Assembly (NCBI GenBank): GCA_020137815.1
Contig: CM035357.1
Coordinates: 7,998,001 to 8,062,000, forward strand
Reading direction: 5' to 3'
Source of the DNA: Hormiphora californensis
Lineage: Eukaryota; Animalia; Ctenophora
Length of the DNA stretch: 64,000 nucleotides
Positions 1-12,139 of the stretch are shown one piece after another (position 1 is the stretch's first letter; the number at the start of each line of letters is the position of its first letter). Made by a program: the position numbers and the translations under genes. The notes beneath the pieces are model-generated. The model ran no database searches, was not told the DNA's origin, and saw only the letters and a list, made by a program, of their open reading frames with translations.

Positions 1-276
1 TCCTGTTTGGTCTTAAATGATTAATTTCTTCAACATGTTTGTGTTGCACATAAAACGTTTAACAGCTACATTAATCGTTATCAAGCTGGTTTAGAGTTTG
101 TTTGAAAACATTTAAATCGCAAATAATTTTCGATAAAATTGTGTGTCTGTTGCGAAAAGGTCCCAGGTTGATTTTTAAGGCCGGGGTTGATAATCTGCCT
201 GAAGTGGTTGCTACACCAAGGTGTCGAGAGTACCCTCAAATCCACTGTCAGACCATTACTGACTTCTGTGTGTTTC

Positions 277-685
277 TCAAACGGCTATAGCCACGCAACC
301 ACATGGCTGATTTGAGTAAACTAAACGGTATCTGATAGAGAATCGATAGCCCTAACCGATAACCCCAAACAAAACCTACAGACCCTAGGTAGCCCAATCC
401 GTCGTTTGCGCGCCAACTACGATGTTAGCAATGAACGCACAGATTTAGTCGTTTTCGTTAAAAGCGTTGCCTTAGCATCGCGCTGCGCCGAACGTTGCAA
501 CCGTGTTACGCTTGAAACAAATGTGCCTTCGGTACATGTTAAAATTGGGTGCCTTCTTGCAAACAAGTCGGTTAGGCCGGAGGGTTAGGCTTATCTTAGG
601 GCTACTAGGTATGGCTAGGGCTACGATTCTTAACTGACCCGTTTAGTTACTCAAATCGGCCATGTGTCCATGCTATACCGTTTGA
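277..685. mobile_element. MITE-like element with ~50-bp imperfect terminal inverted repeats
   Basis: 277-329 (tcaaacggctatagc...cacatggctgatttgagtaaactaaacgg) is the imperfect reverse complement of 638-685 (ccgtttagttactcaaatcggccatgtg...gctataccgtttga). No credible coding capacity. Confidence 0.6.
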
Positions 686-746
686 AAAGTGTCTAAATAC
701 TTTACCACCAAGTAAACTATATTGGGCTCGGCCTCTAGGTGTAGAA

Positions 747-1715
747 ATGACAACGACAGAGGAGAAGGGTGATAGCCCTATGATAAATGATGACTCAATC
801 GCAACATGGGCTCTTCATCTTTCAATGATCTTCAACCCTGCCTGCCGGAAAGAAATGGAAGCTAATCCCAACCCTCAAGATTGGGACATTGATCATGCTA
901 AAATCAAGAGGTACACTAGCAGTGACGACCAAATCGACGATCATGATAGAATGTTAAGGAATGCGTTCAAAAACTGTAGCATTGAGGAGGTTATTACTCT
1001 GAGTAGCAGGACTATTGTTAGCAGTATACGTGTTGTAAATCGGTATATGAATTCTCAGCATGTCATGGATTGTAAAGTGAAAGAAGCTGAATTGCGCATG
1101 CAGAAATGCAAGGAGGAACTTGATAAGCATCGGATCTCTGTAATTGACCTACAGAAGAAGATTATCGCTCTACAAGACCGGCATCTCGAGTCTGCGTCCA
1201 GTTCTGTTGCTAAAATGAAAGCATATTCTACCGTTTTGAGTCAAAACTGCTCTGTGATCACCCCTAAGGTAGTGAAAAATGCAGCAACCCCTCGGAGCTC
1301 AGCGTCTAGCAATGCAGTGGTGGAGCCTGATAGAGCTAAAAACCTCGTGGTGTTTGGTTTACCTGAGTCTACGACCCGAGTTGATTCAATCTCAGTGAAA
1401 GAACTATTCGAAGAGTTAAATGAGAAACCTGTTACTAAATCAATGAAACGAGTCGGCCTAAAACTGGATTCAAGTTCCAAAACGAGACCACTGGTTATCT
1501 CTCTGGAGAGCAGAGAATCTCTGTTAGCACTTCTTAGGAAAGCAAAACTCTTGAAACAATCGGAAAACTTTTCATCTGTATTTTTCTCACCGGATCTGAC
1601 TCCTGTTCAACAAAAGGAACGAAAACAACTAGTAGAAACCGTAAAGAGGCTTAGACTGGAAGATCCAAATGGGAAATATTACATTCAAAACGGGATCATT
1701 AAAATGGGTTACTAA
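747..1715 (+). CDS. LINE ORF1-like protein (coiled coil plus RRM-type domain), intronless, 322 aa
   Basis: Coiled-coil region followed by DRAKNLVVFGLPES...KRVG...TRPLVISL...VFFSPDLTPVQQKERKQL, the pattern typical of non-LTR retrotransposon ORF1. Followed by a (TTTACA)n tail at ~1857-1885 and no ORF2. Confidence 0.75.
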   Translation: MTTTEEKGDSPMINDDSIATWALHLSMIFNPACRKEMEANPNPQDWDIDHAKIKRYTSSDDQIDDHDRMLRNAFKNCSIEEVITLSSRTIVSSIRVVNRYMNSQHVMDCKVKEAELRMQKCKEELDKHRISVIDLQKKIIALQDRHLESASSSVAKMKAYSTVLSQNCSVITPKVVKNAATPRSSASSNAVVEPDRAKNLVVFGLPESTTRVDSISVKELFEELNEKPVTKSMKRVGLKLDSSSKTRPLVISLESRESLLALLRKAKLLKQSENFSSVFFSPDLTPVQQKERKQLVETVKRLRLEDPNGKYYIQNGIIKMGY

Positions 1716-2065
1716 CTCGTTTCGTATGTTTACGTAGAACGTTCGTGTTTTTTGGTCTTATAACCACTTTAGGAAGTGTGTGTGTTCGTATAGCGTTGGC
1801 TATCGATACGGACACCGTATTATTTACACTAGAAAGTGGTATATTAAATGCATATATTACATTTACATTTACATTTACATTTACAGTTTGCTAAGATCAA
1901 CACTTGTTGCGCTTCGGGGAACTAAGAGAAGGGTTGTCCGAGTCAGTGTGGAAGATGTAGATTTTCGAGATAAGTGAGCAGAGAGAGGGAGAATGAGAGT
2001 ATGAAGGTGTGTGGGTAATTTATTATAATTTTTATTGTTGTCACCGTGTAGGTTTTTGGGGCTAG

Positions 2066-2360
2066 TGTCTGGGTGTTTCGCGAGTGCTGACAAACGGTTT
2101 TTTAGGGTTAGGGCTAAAGCGGGGTTAGGGTTAGGCCTTAGGGTTGGGGTTAGGTCTTGACATTTGCTACCAGACAAACTTTGAATTAGCCAAACGGTTG
2201 AGTGGTTTGGCGGTCAGAGGGCAATATTGACAGTGTCAAATTATTGTAAACAGATTTAATAATAATAATAATTGGCGGTTAGAGCCACTTTAGTGAATCA
2301 ACTTTTTTGGAAGCGTGCACCTGTGAACAGGCCACGAACACCCAGATTGTAACGGCGCCC
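2066..2360. repeat. Interspersed repeat containing TTAGGG-like units
   Basis: gagtgctgacaaacggttttttagggttagggctaaag...; homologous pieces occur at 53770-54283, 54845-55025 and 57355-57450. Confidence 0.75.
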
Positions 2361-2650
2361 TAGAGTTGGGGACTGCAGGCTAAGTTTAAAATCTGGGTGA
2401 CGTCCATTACTAACAATTCATCGATTGTGGCGGTCCGACTGAGCTGTATATGCCAACAAAGCCAACCCTCTTGCAGTCTTGTCTTGTTCGACCCTCCCTC
2501 CCCGTGCCCCGGGTTTGAACAAAACAACTGCAGTCTTGGTAAATACAAACTGGGCTTTGGTGCACCAATATTTGCATGTTTGACGGCCAGATACAGGGGA
2601 ATGCAGTGCAGCGTAGGCAATCCCTTGAAAAGCCTCTCTTTTAGCCCAGA

Positions 2651-3133
2651 ATGTCAGCATGGATATTAGCAGGATTGGGCCTGATCGGCGGTGGAATTGC
2701 TATTAGGAGAGTGGGACCTGCACTTCAAAAACACTGGCCAGCCGCACAGCAAAACGTGAAAGCAATGTTAGGGGAACATAGGTACAAGGACGGATTTCAG
2801 ACAGACATGGACCGATACGAAGCAGGGAAAATTCTTGGTAAGTTTTAAATATATGTAGTACCAGAACAGTTCATACTACAGATATAGGCCAGGATTTGAT
2901 AATATGTCAATTGTGTAATTTCAGATTTAGTATCCGTAATACAAATGTGGCACTGCTAAACTGAATAATGATAAACACTATATTTCTCAGGAATCAGCTC
3001 TCACGCGAATTCCAAAAGGATAAAGGACGTCCACAAGAAGTTGATGTTCCAGAATCACCCTGATAGAGGAGGATCGCCTTACATAGCCGCTAAAATTAAC
3101 GAAGCCAAGGATTATTTGGATAAAAATGCTTGA
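2651..3133 (+). CDS. DNAJC19: Mitochondrial import J-protein Tim14/Pam18 (exons 2651-2837, 2991-3133)
   Basis: N-terminal hydrophobic segment, [19 protein letters not shown], a GT-AG intron, then [42 protein letters not shown] with the HPD motif and Pam18 signature. Confidence 0.95.
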
Positions 3134-3306
3134 AGTTATTATTGTGTTACCTGTTTGTTTGTGCGTCAGTCCAGGACCCCAGATCTTGTAATTTATTCCT
3201 TTTTTTTAGAGATTGTGTTTTCAAAATGTGTTTTCTTCTTTCTTCATAGTAGTTTCAGGCCTGACTGTTTTAGCTAGGTATGAAGGAGTGAATTGATGTC
3301 CCTCAA

Positions 3307-5328
3307 ATGTCCAACATTTACGCGAAGGCTCTCAGCAGAAACAAAGAGAACGTGCCCATGAATAACAGAGGACCTTACCCCCATCCTCGTATCACAACAA
3401 CAGGGGGGTTGGGACAACAACAACAACCAACAAATGGGGCCGGGGGAGGTGGTGGTGGTTCCTTTGCAACTCCTTCAGAGGATGATTTCGATGATGATGA
3501 CGAGTTTCTAATGCAGGTAAAATTATTTAGGAACACCCGGTAAGGCACTCTCGAAGTTTCTAATGCAGGTACAATTATTTAGGAACACCCGGTAAGGCAC
3601 TCTCGATAAATCCTATTTCCACAGGCTTCACAACAATTTGAGCAAAAGTTGGGAATTGGGAAAAATAGTTGCCCCCCACCTCCACCGACCACTGCAAAGA
3701 CAGGAGAGAAGAGTCAGTACCAGCTGATAGGTGAAATAGCTATTCTTCGGAACGAAAATCAGAAGCTCACTAAAGAGGTGTGTGAAATGTTCTTTCCACT
3801 GTTCTCTCTATTCAAACCCATTAAAAACTATGTTCCCAATTAATTTCTACAGAAAGAAGAGATACACCGTTCCAAGATTGCTGATGGCAAGACGATCGAG
3901 GCAAGGTTTAAACGTGAGATAGAAACACTAAAATCTAAGCTGGAGTTTAAGGAGAAAGATATACAGGATCTCAGAACTAAAGTAGAATCAGCAACACTCC
4001 ACCAGGCAAAAAGACCTCGACTATCTGGTGTAAATGAGGCAAAAACAGAGGGTATGTGTTAGTATGTATTGCTTCATTACCCGAGTACCATAATCTTACA
4101 GAACTATGTCCTATCATGACAAATGACAATCTCATTCCAGGTACGACAGAAAACAACCAGAAATGCCACCTCAGGAATTTTCTAAGTGCCCGATCCATGG
4201 CCCTCAGTACTTTCCAAACACAAACTCCAGTTGTAGACGGAGAGAACCCTGATGTCTGCTCCAGCTCTGCCCTCTGCCGCTCTCTTGCCGCTAACAGAGA
4301 GATGAGAGATAGGTTTAACATTCACCCTGAGTCCTGTCTCAGGCCAGTGTTGATGACAGGGGGTGTGGTGAAGGAGCAAGTTGAGAGACTGATAGAGAGT
4401 GTGAGAGGATGTGAGAGTGGCGAGGAGAGAATGGTTCATTACCATGGTCTAATCGACATTCTTCGAAACAACGAATATCCCAAGGTACTATACTATTAAG
4501 TATTACTAAGTTGTATTATTCAATGGCCTTGGTATTGTTGGTTTAACGAGTAATTTGTTTCATTCAATGACCCTCCTCCCCTCCTTTTAACCAGGTTGAT
4601 GTGCTATGTGAAGGATTGGCGGGGGAACTAAAGTCAGTCCCTACGGAGCTTCAACACCGCACTATCACTACCCTTCTCTCCTCCTGTCGATTCAGTATTT
4701 TTACCCTGTGTGGTGAGGGCAGGAAGTGTGCTGTGAGGGGTCTACTGAAATGGACTCATGCTGAAGCAGTGGAACTTGTTCTGGGGTCTATGGGGCCCAC
4801 TGTAGAGAATCTGAAACTGTGCTCTTGTGCTAACAAGGTGTGAGGCAACATAATGAAATCATCGACCATTTTAGAAATCCAGGGTATGGTTGATTTTTTT
4901 TGGGTTGGAGAATATTGATTATATTTCTGCTTTGTAAGAGTTTGATTTTTCAGCTGGTTCAATTTCTTTGTCAATCCCTGGAGAGCTGTATAGAAACTGA
5001 GGATGCTTTACTGTCCAATAAAGTCCTGTTACGCGACACTCCCCTAGCCTCTCAATCAGTAAGGCCCAATTTACTACTCAGTTGACCAATGTGTTGTGAA
5101 ATTAAACAAATAATAAATTCTATCACTAACATTTCTCTTCAGATGAAAGCGTTAGCCCACCTTTCTCCAATAATACCCTGCCTCAACCTGTCTACTCTCT
5201 CCCAACAAGTGTACTATGGATCTCTTGAACTACTAAAAAAGGATGAGACATTGTCAAAATCTGAGGCAACACTATTAGATTGTCTAGATTGTGTGACTCT
5301 TGAAGCAACTTCCTCTCCACCAAACTAA
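3307..5328 (+). CDS. ATRIP: ATR-interacting protein-like (multi-exon; exons ~3307-3516, 3625-3777, 3853-4051, 4141-4483, then less certain exons to 5328)
   Basis: Spliced acidic motif DDFDDDDEFLMQ|ASQ and coiled coil GEIAILR...LKSKLEFKEKDIQDLRTK resemble ATRIP/Rad26 (GEIKILR...LQSELQFKDAEMNELRTK as recalled). Downstream exon boundaries are approximate. Confidence 0.75.
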
Positions 5329-6097
5329 TTATAATTAGCATCTAATTAGAATCTAATTAACTGTGATAATATACATTCAAAATTCATTGCATCGTTCTCT
5401 CCTTAGTATAATTTTTAACGTGAATTGAAGAACTACACTGCATGCACAACTTCTTTTTTGGACATATTTGGAATTATTTGGACATATTTGGACATATTTG
5501 GACATATTTGGACTATAAACTACATATTTGGACTATAAACTATGGGTTGTGAAGAGAAGTTTAGGAATGAAATTTGGTTATTTTTACAGCGTTGTTAAAA
5601 CACTGTAATTTTATTTTTCAGTATTTTTATTAATCAGTTGTAATATAGTTACTTATACAATACATGACACAATGTTACAAAACTGTTAACTTATTACATG
5701 GTACTATTTTATATATATATATATGATACACAAACTTGAATGAACAAAATCAGTCTCAATTTGAATTCTCAACCCCCTCCCGTGTTTGCTCTACCTATGA
5801 CCCTAACACCTCCCTGTTTTGTAGCGTTTGATACATGTTAGGGGCTGGTGTAAGGCGGGGTGGTGCCGGAATAGCCCGGCACGTACTCTCTCGACGTGTC
5901 CTAAACCAACAACGGCGCTCTATGGCCATGGGAATGTGTCTGGCGCACAAAGTGTCCCTCTCCAACATTTCCCCTGCTACTTCTACACTCAGCGGTGAGT
6001 TCAACATCAATTATATGTGTCCAGTTTATCAAAACGACGCCCCGAGAGCTTTTCTACATTTGAGAGATGGCCTGCCCGGCTGTATATGTTAGTTAGG

Positions 6098-6976
6098 ACC
6101 CCTGCCCCTGAATTGTCTAGTGTAACAACTATCACCCCTCCCCTGAATTGTCTAGTGTAACAACTATCACCCCTGCCCCTGAATTGTCTAGTGTAACAAC
6201 TATCACCCCTCCCCTGAATTGTCTAGTGTAACAACTATCACCCCCTCCCCTGAATTGTCTAGTGTAACAACTATCACCCCTGCCCCTGAATTGTCTAGTG
6301 TAACAACTATCACCCCTGCCCCTGAATTGTCTAGTGTAACAACTATCACCCCTGCCCCTGAATTGTCTAGTGTAACAACTATCACCCCCTCCCCTGAATT
6401 GTCTAGTGTAACAACTATCACCCCCTCCCCTGAATTGTCTAGTGTAACAACTATCACCCCTGCCCCTGAATTGTCTAGTGTAACAACTATCACCCCTGCC
6501 CCTGAATTGTCTAGTGTAACAACTATCACCCCCTCCCCTTAATTGTCTAGTGTAACAACTATCACTGCACCCCTGCCCCTGAATTGTCTAGTGTAACAAA
6601 TATCACCCCTGCCCCTGAATTGTCTAGTGTAACAACTATCACCCCTGCCCCTGAATTGTCTAGTGTAACAACTATCACCCCCTCCCCTGAATTGTCTAGT
6701 GTAACAACTATCACCCCCTCCCCTGAATTGTCTAGTGTAACAACTATCACCCCCTCCCCTGAATTGTCTAGTGTAACAACTATCACCCCTGCCCCTGAAT
6801 TGTCTAGTGTAACAACTATCACCCCCTCCCCTGAATTGTCTAGTGTAACAACTATCACCCCCTCCCCCGCAGTATCTAGTGTAACAACTATCACCCCCTC
6901 CCCTGAATTGTCTAGTGTAACAACTATCACCCCCTCCCCTGAATTGTCTAGTGTAACAACTATCACCCCCTCCCCT
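6098..6976. repeat. 36-bp minisatellite, ~24 copies
   Basis: Unit gaattgtctagtgtaacaactatcacccc(tg/ct)cccct repeated head-to-tail without spacers. Confidence 0.97.
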
Positions 6977-7440
6977 GCTGCGGGGGGAGTCAGGTGACAG
7001 GATTTTCTGACTCCCTGTGGCAGCCTAGGGCCTAATCTCATGGGGGGTGGGTGCTGCGGGTCCTTCGCAGGAAGGACCCGGGGAGGGAGGTCTCTCTGGG
7101 GAAAGGCCAGGGATAGGTCCCGTAGCCGCGATCCTGGGGCCTGATGGATCAATAAAGTGCGGTCAACTGTAACAAATGGTATTAACACAAATTGAGGGAA
7201 TCCTGCCCTACGACCAACACGATAACACTTAGTATATATATATACCAACATTACTCAAGTGCCAATAAAGCTTTTGTGCAAGGGCTCCTGTTGCTCCAAT
7301 AACAGGCACCGGCGGGCCAGAATTTGGCCGGGTGAACTTTCTTGAAAAACCGAGTAGGGGCCAGGAGCCCCTGGGGAACCTCTGCCAAAATTTCTAATCT
7401 CGGCACAGGATAAGTATATCTGAATTGCACTGTACCTAAC

Positions 7441-7512
7441 AGCTCCGTGGTCTAATGGCCACAATCTGGGCTAAGAAGCATAAGATGCCAGGTTCAAATC
7501 TCGGTCAGGCGA
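7441..7512 (+). pseudogene. tRNA-derived sequence (SINE-like head)
   Basis: A box TGGTCTAATGG and B box GGTTCAAATC at tRNA spacing; stems are degenerate. Confidence 0.5.
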
Positions 7513-8888
7513 CTTTATAGATATCTTTTTTCACTTTTGCTTGATATTGAAACATTCAAATTTTCGATAGTATCGGCGATACACGATACAACAAAACATA
7601 TATGACAGAGACCAGAAACTGGATTTTGGCAAACTAACAGCACCCGAAAACACCATAAATCAAGCAGAGCTACTGGCAATACAATTGGTAATAAAGAAAC
7701 TGCCAGAAATGGGAACAAAGGAGTCACACCTAGTGATCCACACCGACTCTAGCACTACACTATCCCAGTCACAAACCAGGCGATGTATCTAGGAATAACC
7801 CTGGACAAAAACTGAAACTACAAAGCCCACGTCTAAAATAAAACAGAAACAATTAAACGATCTGCGAGACCACTGAGACACCTCATGACAACAAAATGGG
7901 GAATAAGCACAGCCCAAGGCAGATACGTTCACGACAATATACTTATGAAGACCCTGACATACGGGGCAGGCATATGGGGACAGAAAGTGCTGAAAAACCA
8001 AACACTCAAGATGAAACTGGAAGCAGCACAGAACTCTATCACTCGAAGGATCACCGTAGGACACGAACACACTCAACACATAGTGCTAACCACAATGGCA
8101 GGAGTGGACGATGTCACTTACCATATCAACAAAGAAAGTATCAACAACTATATACACCTGAAGGCTAAGGGAAACTGGTGGACAAACCCCTTCCACACAA
8201 AAAGGAGCTCATCTAACGCACTCGAAAGCGATGAAACAAACAAAACACACCGATATAACCTTTGAACAAAACTCCCAACTGAGCAAGAACAAAATAATAA
8301 ACGCGTATACAGATGGGTCAAGAATTAAGAAAGACTCAACACAGAGGCAGGAGCCATAATCTACATGGATAACCAGGAAATCATCCTCAAAGAGCCCCTT
8401 GCACCCGAAAACATCATAAATCAAGCAGAGCTACTGGCAATACATTTGGTAATAAAGAAACTACTAGAAATGGGAACAAAGGAGTCACATCTAGTGATCC
8501 ACACCGACTCTAGCACTACACTGAGAAGACTAACAAGAAAATTTTCAAACCCAAAACAACTAACTGAAACCCTACGAAGTACATATACACAAACTGCAAA
8601 GAGATAATGGCGTAGAAATAGTAAAGGTGAAGGCCCTTGCAAACATAGAAGGTAATGAGAGGGCAGATCAAATAGCAAAACAAGCGACTGCAAACAGCAA
8701 AAACACCCAGAATGCACTGGGACAAACAAAGAGCCAAATAACGGCAAAGCTGAAACAACAACACAAGACAGGAATAATCGCTGAACTAAAGACAAAAAAG
8801 TACTCTGAGTTCACTACAACGATTATCGGGAAGATAATTAAAGAAAACACAAAACTAACAATCAAAAACAAGGAAACAATGAGAAGTC

Positions 8889-10038
8889 GGCAGGTCGGTA
8901 GAACTTCGACAGAATTTAGGGCAGGTCAATTTAGGGCAGGTCTGAATTTAGGGCAGGTCTGAATTTAGGGCAGGTCAATTTAGGGCAGGTCTGAATTTAG
9001 GGCAGGTCTGAGTACTAAGCATGTGAATGCGATTCGGGGAAGCTTATTAGCGGTGTGAGACGATACGAGATATGGAACATGATTCGGGGAAGCCAATCAG
9101 GAGTGTTAGACGATATGAGACACGATTCGGTGAAGGTTTCTATCGCTTTCCATCCCTAGACCCTATACCCCTCTCTGGAACATGATTCGGGGAAGCCAAT
9201 CAGGAGTGTTAGACGATGGATATGAGATACGATTCGGGGAAGGTTTCTATCGCTTTAGATCCCTATAAGCCATTGGTTAGATAGCAACATGGGACAGCCC
9301 TACCTTTGTAGACTGTACCCATGGTGTACAGGCGGTATTATTATTATTATTATCCCCCTCTCTGTTCGCTATGTCTCTCTTTCTTTCTCTTTCTTTCTCT
9401 TTCCTTTTCTATGACGGTAGAAAGAGAGACATGGAGAAAGATAGATACCCTTAACTTTTTACCGAGAGTCGAGATAGAAAGACTGTTGAGCTCCTCCGTG
9501 GAAATTGGTTTCGCCGCTTTCCCATCAGGTAGATGTAGGCAGCTCTCGGTCGGTGGCTAAACATTGTCTTTTCTCTCTCGGTAAAAAGAGCCGCCTACAT
9601 CTACAATTCCTACGTGCTTTCCTAGCAGTCAAAAAGTTAAGGGTATCTCTCTTTCTCCCTCAGAGAAAGTAAGAGAAATTGAAAGAGAGACAGAGCGAAC
9701 AGAGAGGGGGATAGGGTCTAGGGATGGAAAGTGATAGAAACCTTCACCGAATCGTGTCTCATATCGTCGAACACTCCTGATTGGCTTCCCCGAATCATGT
9801 TCCATTATATCTCGTATCGTCTCACACCGCTTATAAGCTTCCCCGAATTACATTCACATGCTTAGTACTCAGACCTGCCCTAAATTCAGACCTGCCCTAA
9901 ATTGACCTGCCCTAAATTCAGACCTGCCCTAAATTGACCTGCCCTAAATTGACCTGCCCTAAATTCAGACCTGCCCTAAATTCAGACCTGCCCTAAATTG
10001 ACCTGCCCTAAATTCTGTCGAAGTTCTACCGACCTGCC
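8889..10038. mobile_element. Foldback/MITE element with long inverted arms and 15-17-bp subterminal repeats
   Basis: Begins ggcaggtcggtagaacttcgacagaatttagggcaggtc and ends with the exact reverse complement; tandem aatttagggcaggtc(tg) units at both ends. No clean TSD seen. Confidence 0.9.
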
Positions 10039-10906
10039 AAGAGAACATATACAATGAAGACGAGCCACTAGAACTAAGGAAACTCACCAATGTAGTCACC
10101 AAATCCGGTCTATTCAAATAAAATATAACGCTACCATCAAAACGACTCTATACCAATGGTAGTTTAAAAGTGCATACTGGCAAAGTCCTGATCTCATCAG
10201 GTAGAGTCTGTTGAAACCATCACGGCAGAAGCAAATCCGCAACTAGCAAAAGCGCAATAGAAACCAAGTCACTAGCCTTTGGACTGGCCCCCCACAGCTA
10301 GATTGGCAAAACAGAAAGAACAGCGCCACCTGGGTCGACTCGATCATAGCTGCTATGACGACTCGATGGACCGAACCCTACTACTGTACCCCGATCAGAG
10401 GTACACGCCTGGAAACAGGTAGGTGGTAGTGCACGGGGGGGTATCAACCATTTTTGTGTACGGATGTACGGAAAAAGCAGGCAATATTTTTTTGTACGGT
10501 CCGTACAAAAAATACAAAAAAATACAAAAAAATACAAAAAAGTTTACTGCTGTCGGGAACTTCTTTGGTGCCTTCTACAGGTCTCTAGAGGCGCTCGAGG
10601 TCCTTCTATTGGCCTTTAAAGGCCTCTAGAGTGTTTATTTAGTTTATTTTACCATTCCCCGTCCCCACGACTCCTAACTAGAACAAGTCTTACTAACCCG
10701 GTGTCCCAGCATATTTTTTGGCCGAGAATGGCCAAAATTTATCCCCATTTTGGCCGATTTTTTCCCGTGGTCTAAGTTAGTTTGATAATAGTTCAAGATA
10801 GTGGAACTTTAATTTAATAGTCTAAAAAACGGTCGAGTTTTTGAAATTAATTGATTTACACTTAGTGCTATACCAAGTGTTAGTATTTAAAAAGTTTTGA
10901 AAAAAA

Positions 10907-10981
10907 TGATCCAGGCGAGTTTCGAACCCGGGACCTTCTGCGTGTCAAGTATATGCAATAACCACTACACCATAGGGGAAC
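10907..10981 (-). pseudogene. tRNA-Val-derived sequence with Pol III-type terminator
   Basis: Minus strand reads TGGTGTAGTGGTTA...TTGACAC...GGTTCGAAAC followed by a T run; acceptor and anticodon stems are mispaired. Confidence 0.7.
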
Positions 10982-11272
10982 TGAATAGACTGCGATTTGA
11001 GAGTATATAATGTAGCGCGCGCACAACTGGCCGGGGGAGAGAGGCCGATTCGACTTTTTCAGTTTTTCGGCCTGCTTATGCCTCCTTTTTCCAGGCATGA
11101 GGGGGAATAAGTAGGCATATTCGGCCGAAAAATGAAATTTCATCAGAAAATAAAGCTTGGGCACTATCCCGACATATTTTGCTGTTACCCAACTAGGATT
11201 TGGAGCAAGTTCAGGTCTAGAATAACTTAATCATGGTAATGTTCGCATGGAAAAAGCATGGGATTATGAGTA

Positions 11273-12139
11273 CAGTCGGACCCCGATTTAGGGGCCCCCG
11301 ATTTAGTGGCACCCCGATTTAGGGACAGGATTTTTTCCCCCAAAAATTTTTTGAATTTTTTTGTGAAATTTTTTGTGAAATTTTTTTGAAAATTTTTCAA
11401 AAAGATGCCAGCCACGTCCGAATCGTGTTTCGAATCAGTGAATCTTATCGCATGTCCTGCTGCTAATCAGACGGTTCGGAACCAACCGATACGTGATCCC
11501 CATGGGGCCATTGAATAACAAGTTCATCAAGCGTCAAAATTTCGATTCGATGGGGATCACGTTTCGATTCGTTCCGAACCGTCTAATTAGCAGCAGGACA
11601 TGCGATAAGATGCACCGATTCGAAACACGATTCGGAAGTGGCTGGTATACCTTTAAAAAAATTTAAAACTTTTTTGCAAAATTTTACAGTACGATTCTCA
11701 ATGCTTTGATCGGTGCTCCCCATAAATTTTGAGAGAAAAAGTTATTTTGAAATTTGATACTTCCTCACCCGCTTAGGGTGCCCCGATTCGGCATGGTATC
11801 ACGTATCGGTTCGTTGCGAATCCGCTAATTAGACAGGACATCCAGTAAGCTGCACCGATTCGAAACACAAATCGGCCGGGCTGGTGTAACTTTTTCAAAT
11901 TTTTTTGAAAAAAAAACTATTTTATATTTTTCTATTTCTAATCAGAAATGATGATGTCATCAATACATGAATATTGCAGATAACAGTTAGAGGTGTCTTT
12001 AGTCTTAATAATATAGCATTTTGGGCATAAAATAGGTTTTTATGGGCCAAATATATGGCTCACCCCGATTTAGTGGACACCCCGATTTAGTGGACAAGAC
12101 CCTTTCCCCCGAGGGTGTCCCTAAATCGGGGTCCGACTG
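11273..12139. mobile_element. Tc1/mariner-type MITE with TA TSD, nested in the 10435-12364 element
   Basis: TA|cagtcggaccccgatttaggg ... ccctaaatcggggtccgactg|TA; internal inverted repeat ~11410-11645; a short copy lies at 26349-26520. Confidence 0.92.

Noticed and set aside
2098-2160. True telomere or chromosome fusion site
   Set aside because: Few degenerate units embedded in a dispersed repeat.
2360-2669. Short overlapping ORFs upstream of DNAJC19
   Set aside because: No recognisable motifs or splice support.
6098-6976. 36-bp repeats as a CRISPR array
   Set aside because: Units are contiguous with no unique spacers, there are no cas genes, and the context is eukaryotic.
6203-7251. Mucin-like ORFs (SSVTTITPAPEL)n and (GVIVVTLDNSGA)n
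   Set aside because: By-products of a 36-bp unit; broken by stop and frameshift variants, with no supported start or signal peptide.
10185-10220. Hammerhead core CTGATGAG on the minus strand
   Set aside because: It is a simple hairpin with no GAAA after a stem II.
10907-10981. Functional tRNA-Val(GAC)
   Set aside because: Acceptor and anticodon stems are mispaired; kept only as tRNA-derived.
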